DNA of 64,000 nucleotides from an uncultured Bacillales bacterium (GCA_946612115.1 CAMOEI010000001.1:130936-194935), one strand, 5' to 3'. Numbered from the stretch's first letter, positions 17,988 to 28,144 are shown. The notes: generated by a model not told the origin, from the letters alone. Translations and numbers: made by a program.

Positions 17988-18892
17988 TGGATAGTTTAAA
18001 AAGTTTACTCGATCAAAAGAAATATGATTTAGTGCTTACCTTAACTGAAGGTAGCAAATCTCCAAATGACTTATTTTATCGAATAAGCGCTTTTATCTAT
18101 TTAGGTAAATATGAAGATGCTTTATATGTCATTCAAGATAATCAATCAATATTAGAGACAAATCTAGTAAGCTTAATTTCCGCTCATATCAATTTACTTT
18201 GCATCTTAGGAAGATTCGAACAAGCTTATAGCACCCTGGATTATTACAATAACCTACCTTATCAGTCTCAAGCCGTGGAAGAAATCTTAAGAAAAATGCC
18301 TCAAGTCATCGCTTTAGAAGAAAAGAAAAATTCTCAAGTTAAATATTACGATGATGAACAAGTTGAACAAATGCTCTCAAGCAATATCAGTGAAGACGTC
18401 CTTCTCGGATTAGATATTGTTAGAAAAAGAGATGTTTTATCTTTCCTCCCATTTTTAGAAAAAGTGATGCTTAATTTTCCTAAGCAATCAATTAGAAACT
18501 ACACCTTGATGCTTTTAGTGCAAAAAGAAGTCGATCGAAATATCAAAATTCTTCATCAGGGAGAAATTATTGAAGTAAATCCTAAATTATTAACTGCTCC
18601 ATTTACCTCGATTACATTTAATGAAGTAATTCGTAATTTTGACCGTGAGTTTAAAGATCCAACATTATCTCAAACCGCCACACAATTATTTTCAGAATAT
18701 TCCTTATATCTATATCCTCGAGACTATAAATACACCGCAAACGAATTAACTGGCATCTTTTATCTCATCGCCAAAGAATATATTAACGATCCAGTATTCG
18801 AGTTAGAAGATTACTGTGATACTAATGGTTTAGATATCTATAAGATATCTAGTGCGATTAAGGAAATTAAAGATATCATCGAAGATTTCTAA
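17987..18892 (+). CDS. hypothetical soluble protein (301 aa), translationally coupled to rarA
   Basis: ATG overlaps the rarA stop (TAATGG). Helical, TPR-like N-terminal region. No recognisable motif. Confidence 0.5.
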   Translation: MDSLKSLLDQKKYDLVLTLTEGSKSPNDLFYRISAFIYLGKYEDALYVIQDNQSILETNLVSLISAHINLLCILGRFEQAYSTLDYYNNLPYQSQAVEEILRKMPQVIALEEKKNSQVKYYDDEQVEQMLSSNISEDVLLGLDIVRKRDVLSFLPFLEKVMLNFPKQSIRNYTLMLLVQKEVDRNIKILHQGEIIEVNPKLLTAPFTSITFNEVIRNFDREFKDPTLSQTATQLFSEYSLYLYPRDYKYTANELTGIFYLIAKEYINDPVFELEDYCDTNGLDIYKISSAIKEIKDIIEDF

Positions 18893-18913
18893 TAAAATTT
18901 CTTTAATTTGATT

Positions 18914-18944
18914 AGGCACGAAAAAATATCGTGCTTTTTGTTTG
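18914..18944 (+). terminator. rho-independent terminator
   Basis: gcacga-aaaaatat-cgtgc hairpin followed by tttttgtttg. Confidence 0.55.
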
Positions 18945-19003
18945 TCTTAAATTATGAATTAATTTATAATTTATCTCGCATGTAGAAAATAAGGAGATAC
19001 TAT

Positions 19004-20278
19004 ATGGAAAGAAAAGTAACACAATTAGAAAATTGTCGCGTTCAAGTCGACGTCGTTGTTCCTACCGAAGTTTGGAAAGCGGCCCAAGAAAAAAGCATGA
19101 AGAAATTATGCGCTGAAGTTACTGTCGATGGTTTTAGAAAAGGTAAAGCACCAGAAGCAGTCGCTAGAAAGCACGTCAATTATGAAAAGATGCTTGATAA
19201 CGCGATTAACTCAGTCTTACCAGAAGCATATAAAGATGTGCTTGAAAATGAGAAGATTGAACCATATGCTCAACCAAAGGTTGATATTACCAAAATCAGC
19301 GATCACGATTTAGAAGTTAGATTTGTAATCGTTACCGCACCAAAAGTTGAACTCGGCCAATATAAGGACTTAGAAATCGGTAAAAAAGAAGTAAAAGTTA
19401 CCGCTAAAGAAGTCGAAGAAGCGATTGAAAACTTAAGAATTCAAAATGCTTCCTTAGTCGTTAAAGAAGCAGAAGCTGCTAATGGAGACACTGTTGTCTT
19501 TGATTTTGCAGGTACAGTGGACGGCAAAGCCTTTGAAGGTGGAAGCGCCCAAAACTATGAATTAGTCTTAGGTAGCCATAGTTTCGTTCCTGGCTTTGAA
19601 GAACAACTCGTTGGAGTTAAAGCTGGCGAACACCGTGATGTCAAAGTGACATTCCCAGAAAATTACGTTCCAGAACTCGCTAGTAAAGAAGCGGTCTTTG
19701 CTTGTGATGTTCACGAAGTGAAAGAAAGAAAATTACCTGAATTAAGTGAAGAATTCGTTAAAGATTTAGCGATTAAAGGTGTTGAAACTCTCGAAGCCTT
19801 AAAAGAAAACAAAAAAGAAGAATTAAAGTCTCAAAAAGAAGCTCAAAACAAGAAAGAGTACATCGCAAAACTTTACGAAAAGATTGCTAAAGGCAGCAAA
19901 ATTGAAATTCCAGAAGAAATGGTGGAAGAACAAGCTAACAACATGCAAAAAGACATGGAGCAAAGAATGGCTCAAAGTGGCTTAAATCTTGAAAGCTATC
20001 TTCAATTCACTGGACAAACTAAAGAACAATTCGTTGCTAAATTAAAAGAAGATGCCAAAAAAGACATCACCAACTACTTCATCTTAGAAGAAGTTGCTAG
20101 AAAAGAATCTTTCGAAGTTAGCGATAAAGATGTCGAAGAAGAAATGAAAAAACTCGCTAAAGAGTACAACATGAAGCTCGAAGACGTCAAAAAAGCTTTA
20201 GAAAAACAATTCGATCAATTCAAGCACAATTTAAGAATGACTAAGGTTGAAGAAAAATTAGTCGAATTAAATAAATAA
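19004..20278 (+). CDS. tig: trigger factor
   Basis: 424 aa with N-terminal ribosome-binding domain, FKBP-type PPIase core (FDFAGTVDGKAFEGGSAQNYELVLGS) and C-terminal arm. RBS AAGGAG. Confidence 0.9.
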   Translation: MERKVTQLENCRVQVDVVVPTEVWKAAQEKSMKKLCAEVTVDGFRKGKAPEAVARKHVNYEKMLDNAINSVLPEAYKDVLENEKIEPYAQPKVDITKISDHDLEVRFVIVTAPKVELGQYKDLEIGKKEVKVTAKEVEEAIENLRIQNASLVVKEAEAANGDTVVFDFAGTVDGKAFEGGSAQNYELVLGSHSFVPGFEEQLVGVKAGEHRDVKVTFPENYVPELASKEAVFACDVHEVKERKLPELSEEFVKDLAIKGVETLEALKENKKEELKSQKEAQNKKEYIAKLYEKIAKGSKIEIPEEMVEEQANNMQKDMEQRMAQSGLNLESYLQFTGQTKEQFVAKLKEDAKKDITNYFILEEVARKESFEVSDKDVEEEMKKLAKEYNMKLEDVKKALEKQFDQFKHNLRMTKVEEKLVELNK

Positions 20279-20310
20279 TTATTTTAGAAAACCAAAGGAG
20301 GTGCGTATCC

Positions 20311-22641
20311 ATGAGTGAAAAACCAGATACCCTTACTCTTCCCCTTTTGATTACTAGATCGCCAGTTTTATACCCACTCAATAGTAGAACTATTGATGTC
20401 GGTAGAGAAATGTGCATCAATGCAGTCAATGTCTCCAAAGACAAGGCTGACGCTTTATTATTTGTTTCTTCTCAAAACGATTACTCAATTGATAATCCTA
20501 ACGAAACTCAAATCTATCAAATTGGATTATTAGCTAGAGTAGCGTTTTCTAATTCCACAGGAAGCGGAAGACTCAAAATTAGAGTGGAAGCGATTAAAAG
20601 AGCAGCTTTATCAAATATCCATTACGATAACGAAGATAAATGTTATGTCGCTGATGGAACGTTATTAGATGAAGTCGTCGTTTCAGCGGAAAAAGACCGT
20701 CAAATGATGCTTAGATTTAGCACATTAATCAATAACAACATTAAAGCTTTAGATAAATTATCTAAGCATTTAGTTAATCTCATCGGAATGGAAGGCAAAG
20801 CTCTTGAAATTGCTTACGGCATTTGCTGTCAATTTGATGGCTCGAATCAATATAAGCAATCCATTTTAGAAAGCAACGATGTCGATTACATTTGCGATAA
20901 CGCTGAAGTTTTAATTTCTAGCGACAAATATAAAGATGAAATCGATAACTCTATCGAAGAAAAAGTTAGAGAAAATGCGATGAAATCTCAAAAAGATTAT
21001 TTCACTAGAGAAAAAATCAAAGCATTAAAGGATTCTTTAGGTGAAGATGACTTAGGAAATAACGATCCTGATAAGATTCTTCAAAGATTAGAGTCTAATC
21101 CATATCCAGAGCACATCAAAACTAAAGTCAAATCGGAAATTAAGAAGTTCCAAATGATGCCTCAAGGTTCCCTTGAAGGTGCCTTGATTCTTTCTTATTT
21201 AGATGTGGTGATGAATCTTCCATGGTGGGAGAAAACCGAAGATAACAACGATTTAAAAAATGTCGAAGCGATTCTTGATGAAGATCATTATGGCTTAGAA
21301 AATCCTAAAAAGAGAATTGTTGAATATTTAGCAGTTAAAAAGTTAACTGGTAATTTAAAAAGCCCAATTTTATGTTTCTTTGGCCCGCCAGGAACAGGTA
21401 AAACTTCTTTAGGAAAATCTATCGCTAGAGCGTTAGGAAGAAAATTCTTCAAATGCTCTTTAGGTGGAATTTCTGATGAAGCCGAAATTAGAGGACATAG
21501 AAGAACATATGTTGGCTCTTTACCAGGTAGAATCATTCAAGGGATGAGAAAAGCGGGCACTAATAACCCTGTTTTCCTCCTCGACGAAGTCGATAAACTT
21601 GCTTCTTCTTATAAAGGAGACCCTGCAAGTGCTTTACTTGAAGTCCTTGATCCAGAACAAAACTTCATGTTTAACGATAACTATGTCGAAGAGCCATACG
21701 ATTTAAGCGATGTCTTATTTATTTGCACCGCAAACTATTTAGAAAATATCCCTGGTCCTTTAAGAGATAGATTGGAGCTCATCCAATTATCTAGCTATAC
21801 CGAAATCGAAAAGAAACATATCGCTTTCGAACATTTAATCAAAAAGCAAATCGCTCTTAACGGTTTAAAAGAAGAACAAGTATCTTTCACTGATGAAGCG
21901 ATTACCTATATTTTACGTTACTACACACGTGAAGCAGGTGTTCGTGACTTAGAAAGAAAGATTGCGTCTTGTTTAAGAAAAGTCGCAGTTGAAGTTGTTA
22001 AAAACCCTGAATCTGAACATATCGTAATTGATGAAAAGAAGGTTAGAGAATATCTAGGTCCTGAAATCTTTGATTACGGTAAAAAAGATAAAGAAAAACA
22101 AGTCGGAGTTATTACCGGACTTGCCTATACTGAATATGGAGGAGACATACTTCCTATTGAAGTGACCTATTTTAAAGGTAAAGGCGGGTTAGTACTTACC
22201 GGTAAACTTGGAGATGTCATGAAAGAATCAGCAACCATCGCTCTTGACTATGTCAAGGCCAATGCTGAAAAATATCAAATTGATCCAAAACTCTTTATGG
22301 AAAATGATATTCATATCCACGTTCCAGAAGGAGCAGTTCCTAAAGATGGACCTAGCGCTGGAGTGGCGATCACTTTAGCGGTTATTTCCGCTTTATCTAA
22401 AAAGCCAGCTTCTCCAGATATCGCTTTAACTGGCGAAGTGACTTTAAGAGGTTTAGCCTTACCAATTGGTGGGTTAAAAGAAAAATCTCTTGCCGCTGCT
22501 AGAAGTGGAATAAAAACAATCATCGTTCCTTACGAAAATAAAAAAGACGTTGAGGAGCTTCCAAAAGAAGTTAAAGAGATTTTGAAGATTGAATACATGA
22601 AGTGCGTCGATGACGCTTATAAAGTGTTCTTCGGAGAATAA
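20311..22641 (+). CDS. lon: ATP-dependent Lon protease
   Basis: N-terminal Lon domain, Walker A GPPGTGKTS, and proteolytic Ser-Lys dyad (PKDGPSAGVA...K). 776 aa. Confidence 0.9.
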   Translation: MSEKPDTLTLPLLITRSPVLYPLNSRTIDVGREMCINAVNVSKDKADALLFVSSQNDYSIDNPNETQIYQIGLLARVAFSNSTGSGRLKIRVEAIKRAALSNIHYDNEDKCYVADGTLLDEVVVSAEKDRQMMLRFSTLINNNIKALDKLSKHLVNLIGMEGKALEIAYGICCQFDGSNQYKQSILESNDVDYICDNAEVLISSDKYKDEIDNSIEEKVRENAMKSQKDYFTREKIKALKDSLGEDDLGNNDPDKILQRLESNPYPEHIKTKVKSEIKKFQMMPQGSLEGALILSYLDVVMNLPWWEKTEDNNDLKNVEAILDEDHYGLENPKKRIVEYLAVKKLTGNLKSPILCFFGPPGTGKTSLGKSIARALGRKFFKCSLGGISDEAEIRGHRRTYVGSLPGRIIQGMRKAGTNNPVFLLDEVDKLASSYKGDPASALLEVLDPEQNFMFNDNYVEEPYDLSDVLFICTANYLENIPGPLRDRLELIQLSSYTEIEKKHIAFEHLIKKQIALNGLKEEQVSFTDEAITYILRYYTREAGVRDLERKIASCLRKVAVEVVKNPESEHIVIDEKKVREYLGPEIFDYGKKDKEKQVGVITGLAYTEYGGDILPIEVTYFKGKGGLVLTGKLGDVMKESATIALDYVKANAEKYQIDPKLFMENDIHIHVPEGAVPKDGPSAGVAITLAVISALSKKPASPDIALTGEVTLRGLALPIGGLKEKSLAAARSGIKTIIVPYENKKDVEELPKEVKEILKIEYMKCVDDAYKVFFGE

Positions 22642-22642
22642 A

Positions 22643-23218
22643 ATGACCATCAATTTTTCTAACGCTAGTTTTGTTAAAAGCACTCCTTCGATTAAAGAAG
22701 CCCCAAAAGGGCAATATCCAGAAGTTCTTTTAGTTGGCAAATCTAATGTTGGAAAAAGTTCCCTAATTAATGCCTTGTGCAATAAGAAATCTTTAGCGTA
22801 TACCTCTTCTAAACCAGGCCATACACGTTTACTTAATTATTATAATATTGATAATAAATTATATTTAGTGGATGCTCCTGGATATGGTTACGCTAAAGGT
22901 GGGATCGATTTAGATAAGCTCTTTTCAGATGTGATGAATGATTATTTCACCAATGCGACAAGAGTAAAACTCGTTTTAGTCCTGTTAGATTCAAGAAGAG
23001 AATTAGGGGAAAACGATATAGAAATTATCAATTATTTAATTGATAAAGATATCAACTATGCCTTAGTGATGACTAAGCTAGATAAGATTAATCAAAGCGA
23101 AAGACATCACTTAGTAAAACATTTAAAGGAAGTTGGAGTGGATGAAAGTAAAGTATTGTTTACTTCTATTTTAAAACCTAGGACTTTTGATTCGCTTCGC
23201 TCCCTTATACAAATGTAA
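22643..23218 (+). CDS. engB: ribosome biogenesis GTP-binding protein YihA/YsxC
   Basis: G1 motif GKSNVGKSSLINAL, G3 DAPGYG, G4 TKLD. The ORF-track start at 22610 is trimmed to ATG 22643 just after the lon stop. Confidence 0.85.
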   Translation: MTINFSNASFVKSTPSIKEAPKGQYPEVLLVGKSNVGKSSLINALCNKKSLAYTSSKPGHTRLLNYYNIDNKLYLVDAPGYGYAKGGIDLDKLFSDVMNDYFTNATRVKLVLVLLDSRRELGENDIEIINYLIDKDINYALVMTKLDKINQSERHHLVKHLKEVGVDESKVLFTSILKPRTFDSLRSLIQM

Positions 23219-23254
23219 TGTAGATATTTATTATTTTTTTAGTATAATAAATGC

Positions 23255-23458
23255 GTTCGATGAATTAGAGGAGTAATCAAAACTTCTTCTTATAGAGAGC
23301 TAGGGACGGTGGAAGCCTAGTAGAAAGGTTTGATGAAGGTCGCTAAGGAGAACTGATTCTAATAATTTAGAGTAATGAAGTGCTAGTGAAATATCACTAG
23401 AACTAAGGTGGTACCACGTTAATCGCGTCCTTAGAAATAAGGACTTTTATTTTATTTA
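23255..23458 (+). promoter_or_regulatory. T-box riboswitch leader of valS (promoter -10 TATAAT at 23243-23248; T-box sequence; terminator/antiterminator)
   Basis: Conserved T-box sequence aactaAGGTGGTACCACGtt at 23399-23417. Intrinsic terminator gtcctta-gaaa-taaggac plus T-run at 23426-23455. A GTC (Val) codon at about 23339 in the putative specifier region. Lies in the 250-nt untranslated gap before valS. Confidence 0.7.
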
Positions 23459-23468
23459 GGAGGGTCTT

Positions 23469-26057
23469 ATGTTAGAAAAAAGATATTCCCCAAAAGATGT
23501 TGAAGCGGGTAAATATGAAACCTGGAAATCAAAAGGTTACTTTACCGCTGGAGATAAAAGTAAACAGCCATTTTCTATGGTTATTCCTCCACCAAACGTC
23601 ACTGGTAAATTACATTTAGGTCACGCTTGGAACACAACTATTCAAGATATCATTGCCCGATATAAAAAGATGAAGGGCTATGATGTTTTATGGCTTCCAG
23701 GAATGGATCACGCTGGCATTGCTACCCAAGCAAAAGTTATGCAAAAGCTAGTTTCTATGGGAGTGGATGTCACTAAAATTACTAGAGAAGAATTCTTAAA
23801 ATACGCTTGGGAATGGAAAGCAGAATACGCAGAAAATATTCACCAGCAATGGGCGAAAATGGGCTTAATGCTCGACTTTAGTCGAGAAAGATTTACTTTA
23901 GACGAAGGACTTAATCTCGCTGTTAGAAGAGTGTTCGTCGATTTATATCAAAAAGGGCTCATTTATCAAGGAGAAAGAATTATCTCTTGGGATCCAGTCC
24001 AACAAACAGCTTTAAGCAATATCGAAGTCATTCACCAAGATGATGAAGGCTATATGTATTACTTCAAATATCATCTCGTTGATAGCGATGAATATATCGA
24101 AGTAGCGACAACTAGACCAGAAACAATGTTTGGAGATGTCTGTGTCTGTGTCAATCCAAAAGATCCTCAATATACTCATATTCACGGTAAAAAAGTGATC
24201 AATCCTGCAAACGGAGAAATCATTCCAATTATTTGTGATGAATATGTTGAAATCGGTTTTGGAACAGGAGCGATGAAATGTACTCCTGCTCATGACCCAA
24301 ATGACTTTATCATCGGTAAAAAATATGGTTTAGAAATGCCAATCATCTTTAATAAAGATGCAACGATGAATGAGAAGTGCGGCAAATATCAAGGAATGGA
24401 TCGATTTGTCTGTCGAGAAGCCTTGTTAAAAGATATTGATTCTCGAGGCGATTTTATCAAAAAAGAAAAGATCGTTCACGCGGTTGGACACTCCGAAAGA
24501 AATAACTGTGTTGTTGAACCAATGCTTTCAAAACAATGGTTTGTCAAAATGAAACCATTAGCGCAAGCGGCCATCGACGCTCAAAAGAATGAAAACTATG
24601 TTAATTTCGTTCCAAAAAGATTTGAGCATACATTCCTCCAATGGATGGAAAACATCGAAGACTGGTGCATTTCTCGTCAATTGTGGTGGGGTCATAGAGT
24701 CCCAGCTTGGACTAACAAAGTTACTGGTGAAGTTTTAGTGGCGATGGAAGCTCCTAAAGATATTGAAAACTGGGAACAAGATAGCGATGTCTTAGATACT
24801 TGGTTTTCTAGTGGATTATGGCCGTTTTCCACATTGGGTTGGCCAAATGAAACCGAAGATTATAAGAGATATTTCCCAACCTCAGTGTTAGTTACTGCCT
24901 ACGACATTATTTTCTTCTGGGTTAGTAGAATGATTTTCCAATCACTTAATATTACTGAGAAAAAACCATTTGAGAATGTAGTCATTCACGGACTTGTCCG
25001 TGATGAAAAAGGTCGTAAGATGTCTAAATCACTAGGTAACGGTATTGATCCAATTGAAGTTATCGATCAATACGGTGTTGATGCGCTTAGATATTTCTTA
25101 ACGACTAATTCCACTCCAGGACAAGACATGAGATATATCGATGAAAAAGTCTCTAGTAGTGCAAATTATTTAAACAAGATTTGGAACTCTGCTAGATATG
25201 TTTTAAGCGTCATCCCAGAAGATTATAAAGAAGTGGAGTTAGATCCAAAGAAATTAACTAGTGTTGACCGCTGGATTTTAAATAGACTAATGATGACGAT
25301 TAAAAATGTCACAAACAACATGGAGAAGTACGATTTCAATGCCGCTAGCAGCCACTTATATAACTTCGTCTATGATGATTTCTGCTCTCAATATCTAGAA
25401 ATGAGTAAAGTCAAACTCAATAGTGACAACGAATTTGAAATTAATCAAACTAGAACAATCTTATTGAAATGTCTTAAAGACATTATCTTACTCATTTATC
25501 CTTACACTCCATTTATCGCTGAAGAATTATATCAAAATCTTCCAACTCACTTAGAAAGCATCATGCTTGAAACTTATCCAGTCGTTGAGAAGAAATTTGT
25601 CTCTAAATTAAGTGATAACGAAGTGAACTTATTATTCGATTTTATTAAAGAAGTTAGAAACTATAAGATCGTTAACGGTTTATCTCCTAATGCGAATCTA
25701 GATTTAACAATCGGATTAAAGATTGAAGTCAGCGATGATTTCTATCTCTATTTGAATAGATTCACCTTTACCGAAGTTAAAACAGCAAAAGAGCCATTAA
25801 GCGGAAGTGGAGAAATATTCTCTTATCCATTTGGTAGCTTGCTCATCTCCTCGGGAGCGAATAAAGAAGAGATGATTTCTAAACTACAAAAGCAAATCGA
25901 AGTCGAAGAAAGTGAAATTTCTCGAGGCGAAAAAATGCTTTCAAATCCAGGCTTCTTAGCCAAAGCCCCAAAGGAAAAAGTGGAGTCTGAAAAAGAAAAA
26001 CTAGCTCTCCACAAAGCCAACTTAGCGAGCTTAAAAGAAAAATTATCAAAAATTTAA
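23469..26057 (+). CDS. valS: valyl-tRNA synthetase
   Basis: HIGH (PPPNVTGKLHLGHAW) and KMSKS motifs. 862 aa with C-terminal coiled-coil. RBS GGAGGG. Confidence 0.95.
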   Translation: MLEKRYSPKDVEAGKYETWKSKGYFTAGDKSKQPFSMVIPPPNVTGKLHLGHAWNTTIQDIIARYKKMKGYDVLWLPGMDHAGIATQAKVMQKLVSMGVDVTKITREEFLKYAWEWKAEYAENIHQQWAKMGLMLDFSRERFTLDEGLNLAVRRVFVDLYQKGLIYQGERIISWDPVQQTALSNIEVIHQDDEGYMYYFKYHLVDSDEYIEVATTRPETMFGDVCVCVNPKDPQYTHIHGKKVINPANGEIIPIICDEYVEIGFGTGAMKCTPAHDPNDFIIGKKYGLEMPIIFNKDATMNEKCGKYQGMDRFVCREALLKDIDSRGDFIKKEKIVHAVGHSERNNCVVEPMLSKQWFVKMKPLAQAAIDAQKNENYVNFVPKRFEHTFLQWMENIEDWCISRQLWWGHRVPAWTNKVTGEVLVAMEAPKDIENWEQDSDVLDTWFSSGLWPFSTLGWPNETEDYKRYFPTSVLVTAYDIIFFWVSRMIFQSLNITEKKPFENVVIHGLVRDEKGRKMSKSLGNGIDPIEVIDQYGVDALRYFLTTNSTPGQDMRYIDEKVSSSANYLNKIWNSARYVLSVIPEDYKEVELDPKKLTSVDRWILNRLMMTIKNVTNNMEKYDFNAASSHLYNFVYDDFCSQYLEMSKVKLNSDNEFEINQTRTILLKCLKDIILLIYPYTPFIAEELYQNLPTHLESIMLETYPVVEKKFVSKLSDNEVNLLFDFIKEVRNYKIVNGLSPNANLDLTIGLKIEVSDDFYLYLNRFTFTEVKTAKEPLSGSGEIFSYPFGSLLISSGANKEEMISKLQKQIEVEESEISRGEKMLSNPGFLAKAPKEKVESEKEKLALHKANLASLKEKLSKI

Positions 26058-26066
26058 TAGAGAATT

Positions 26067-26092
26067 AGACCTACTAAGTAGGTCTTTTTTCT
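26067..26092 (+). terminator. rho-independent terminator after valS
   Basis: agacctact-a-agtaggtct palindrome followed by tttttc. Confidence 0.7.
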
Positions 26093-26220
26093 TATTCAAA
26101 AAAAGTTCAAGAAATTTTTTAAATTTTCCAAAAAATCGCCCTATTGATAAATGAGAGCACTTCGGATAATTCGTCAGGATCGAGGCGAAAAGAAATAGTC
26201 TCTCAACGGAGGACATTTTT

Positions 26221-26403
26221 ATGAAATACACATTAATGAATGAACAAGAATTAGCTAATGAAGTTAGCGGTGCAGCAATTACCCTCGCTGGCGTCATGGC
26301 GATTTTAGCAACCGCGGTCATCGCTGTTGTGATTTACAAGTTATTCTTATCTAAAAAAGGCACAACACAAGTTCCTGGTGGATGGAAATTCAGCTGGAAT
26401 TGA
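26221..26403 (+). CDS. small single-TM protein (60 aa) translationally coupled to radC
   Basis: Hydrophobic core AAITLAGVMAILATAVIAVVIYKLFL. Its stop overlaps the radC start as TGATG. GGAGGA RBS upstream. Confidence 0.4.
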   Translation: MKYTLMNEQELANEVSGAAITLAGVMAILATAVIAVVIYKLFLSKKGTTQVPGGWKFSWN

Positions 26404-27080
26404 TGGGTAAAATTATTGATTTACCACCTCTAGATAGACCGAGAGAAAAAGCCAAAAGATATGGTCTAGAATCACTAAGCGATGTCGAACTTATCGCCTT
26501 ACTAATCTCTAAAGGTTATCAAGGAAATAACGCTTATGACATCGCTAGTGAATTACTTTCTAAAGCAGGCGGTCTAGTTAATTTAAGCAAAACTCCAACT
26601 AATGAATACGTCAAAACCAAAGGAATCAAAAGTGTCAAAGCCCTCACTTTGGCTGCAATTTTCGAGTTACATCGTCGGCTTTCTACTAAGGAAATTGAAC
26701 AAGAAGAAGTAGACGCAAGCGAAACTTATTTGTATAACAAATATAAATCAAAAGTAGCTAGTTCTCATCAAGAAAATCTATTTATCATTGTCACCAATAG
26801 TAGAAATAAGATTATCCACGAGAAACTTTTATATAGTGGCACTAGTAATAACATCGTCTTTTCTTATAAAGATATTTGGAGAGAAATCTTTTCTCATAAT
26901 GGAAAAGGATTTTATCTAATCCATAATCATCCAGATGGAGACGCTACTCCAAGCCAAAAAGATATCATCTTCACCAAAGAGATCTATCGAGAAAGTAAAA
27001 GACTAGAAACTCCTCTTATTGACCACCTTATTATTGGCGAAAGAAATTACTCTTCTTTGAAAAGTAAATTTTCTAGTTGA
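26403..27080 (+). CDS. radC: RadC-like JAB/MPN domain protein
   Basis: N-terminal HhH region (LPPLDRPREKAKRYG..LSDVELIALLI) and JAMM motif HNHPDGDATPSQKD. The ORF-track start at 26382 is trimmed to ATG 26403. Confidence 0.8.
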   Translation: MGKIIDLPPLDRPREKAKRYGLESLSDVELIALLISKGYQGNNAYDIASELLSKAGGLVNLSKTPTNEYVKTKGIKSVKALTLAAIFELHRRLSTKEIEQEEVDASETYLYNKYKSKVASSHQENLFIIVTNSRNKIIHEKLLYSGTSNNIVFSYKDIWREIFSHNGKGFYLIHNHPDGDATPSQKDIIFTKEIYRESKRLETPLIDHLIIGERNYSSLKSKFSS

Positions 27081-27084
27081 AGAT

Positions 27085-27215
27085 TAATTATATCTTATGA
27101 TATATTACTTTCGTTGTCGCCTCACTAGCTACAACCGCATAGAAGAGGTTTTCAAAACTTTAACGAAGTTACCTTCATAGCGAGTCCTTAGTGAAATCTC
27201 AAAAAAGGAGGGACA
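27085..27215 (+). promoter_or_regulatory. candidate ribosomal-protein L21 leader (autoregulatory 5' UTR of the rplU-prp-rpmA operon)
   Basis: About 130-nt structured untranslated region immediately upstream of rplU. An L21 leader occupies this position in Bacillota. Not verified against a covariance model. Confidence 0.35.
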
Positions 27216-27217
27216 TT

Positions 27218-27526
27218 ATGTACGCCATTATTGAAACTGGTGGAAAACAAATCAGAGTAGAAGTTGGTTCCAGAATCTTTGTTGAAAAGCTTGATGCTGA
27301 AGCCGGTTCTAATGTCACAATTGACAAAGTATTACTCGTTTGCGATAAGAAAGCCAAAGTTGGAACCCCATATGTTGAAGGAGCCAACGTTGTTGCAAAA
27401 GTCGAAAAACATGGTAAGTCCAAAAAGATTCGTGTTTTCACTTATAAGAACAAGGCTAACGAAAGACGCACTTTAGGTCATCGTCAACCTTACACATGCT
27501 TAGTAATTGAAAGCATTAACGCTTAA
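27218..27526 (+). CDS. rplU: 50S ribosomal protein L21
   Basis: [17 protein letters not shown]... RBS AAAGGAGGG. The ORF-track start at 27191 is trimmed to the ATG at 27218. Confidence 0.9.
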   Translation: MYAIIETGGKQIRVEVGSRIFVEKLDAEAGSNVTIDKVLLVCDKKAKVGTPYVEGANVVAKVEKHGKSKKIRVFTYKNKANERRTLGHRQPYTCLVIESINA

Positions 27527-27532
27527 TCAAAA

Positions 27533-27841
27533 ATGATCAAAGCAGAAATCAAAAGGGATGAAGCAACAGGAATAATTACTTCAATAGAGGTTAAGGGACA
27601 CTCTAATAAAGATACCTACGGAAAAGATCTTGTGTGCGCTGCAATAAGCGCTATATTGACCGGAGGGTTTAACGCCTTACAAGACAAAGAATATCAATTC
27701 ATCTTGGAAAGCGGACACGCTCTAGTAAAAGCCCTAGATATCCCGAGTGACTATGACTCAGTTGTCTTAAAGACAATCGAAGTTCAACTAAAGACCGTTG
27801 AAGAAAGTGAACCTGAATTCGTCCAAGTCAAAAATCTATAG
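27533..27841 (+). CDS. prp: ribosomal-processing cysteine protease Prp
   Basis: The GH..CAAIS catalytic His/Cys arrangement (KGHSNKDTYGKDLVCAAISAIL). Conserved position between rplU and rpmA. Confidence 0.8.
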   Translation: MIKAEIKRDEATGIITSIEVKGHSNKDTYGKDLVCAAISAILTGGFNALQDKEYQFILESGHALVKALDIPSDYDSVVLKTIEVQLKTVEESEPEFVQVKNL

Positions 27842-27859
27842 AAAGGATGAATCACAATT

Positions 27860-28144
27860 ATGATGTTTAAATTAAATTTGCAACTCTTCGCTTCTAAAAA
27901 AGGTGTCGGTTCTACTAAAAACGGACGTGACTCTGCTGGACGTAGGTTAGGTGCTAAAGTGGCTGATGGACAATGGTGCCACGCTGGTAGCATTATCTAT
28001 CGTCAAAGAGGTACAAGAATCTATCCAGGAGAAAATACCAAACTTGGTAAAGACGATACAGTCTTCGCCACAGCTAGCGGTATTGTCAAATACGAAAGAA
28101 TTGGAAAAGATCGCAAGCAAGTGAGAGTTATCGCTGACAAATAA
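27860..28144 (+). CDS. rpmA: 50S ribosomal protein L27 (with N-terminal propeptide cleaved by Prp)
   Basis: [25 protein letters not shown] carries the F/ASKK cleavage motif. L27 core. Confidence 0.9.
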   Translation: MMFKLNLQLFASKKGVGSTKNGRDSAGRRLGAKVADGQWCHAGSIIYRQRGTRIYPGENTKLGKDDTVFATASGIVKYERIGKDRKQVRVIADK

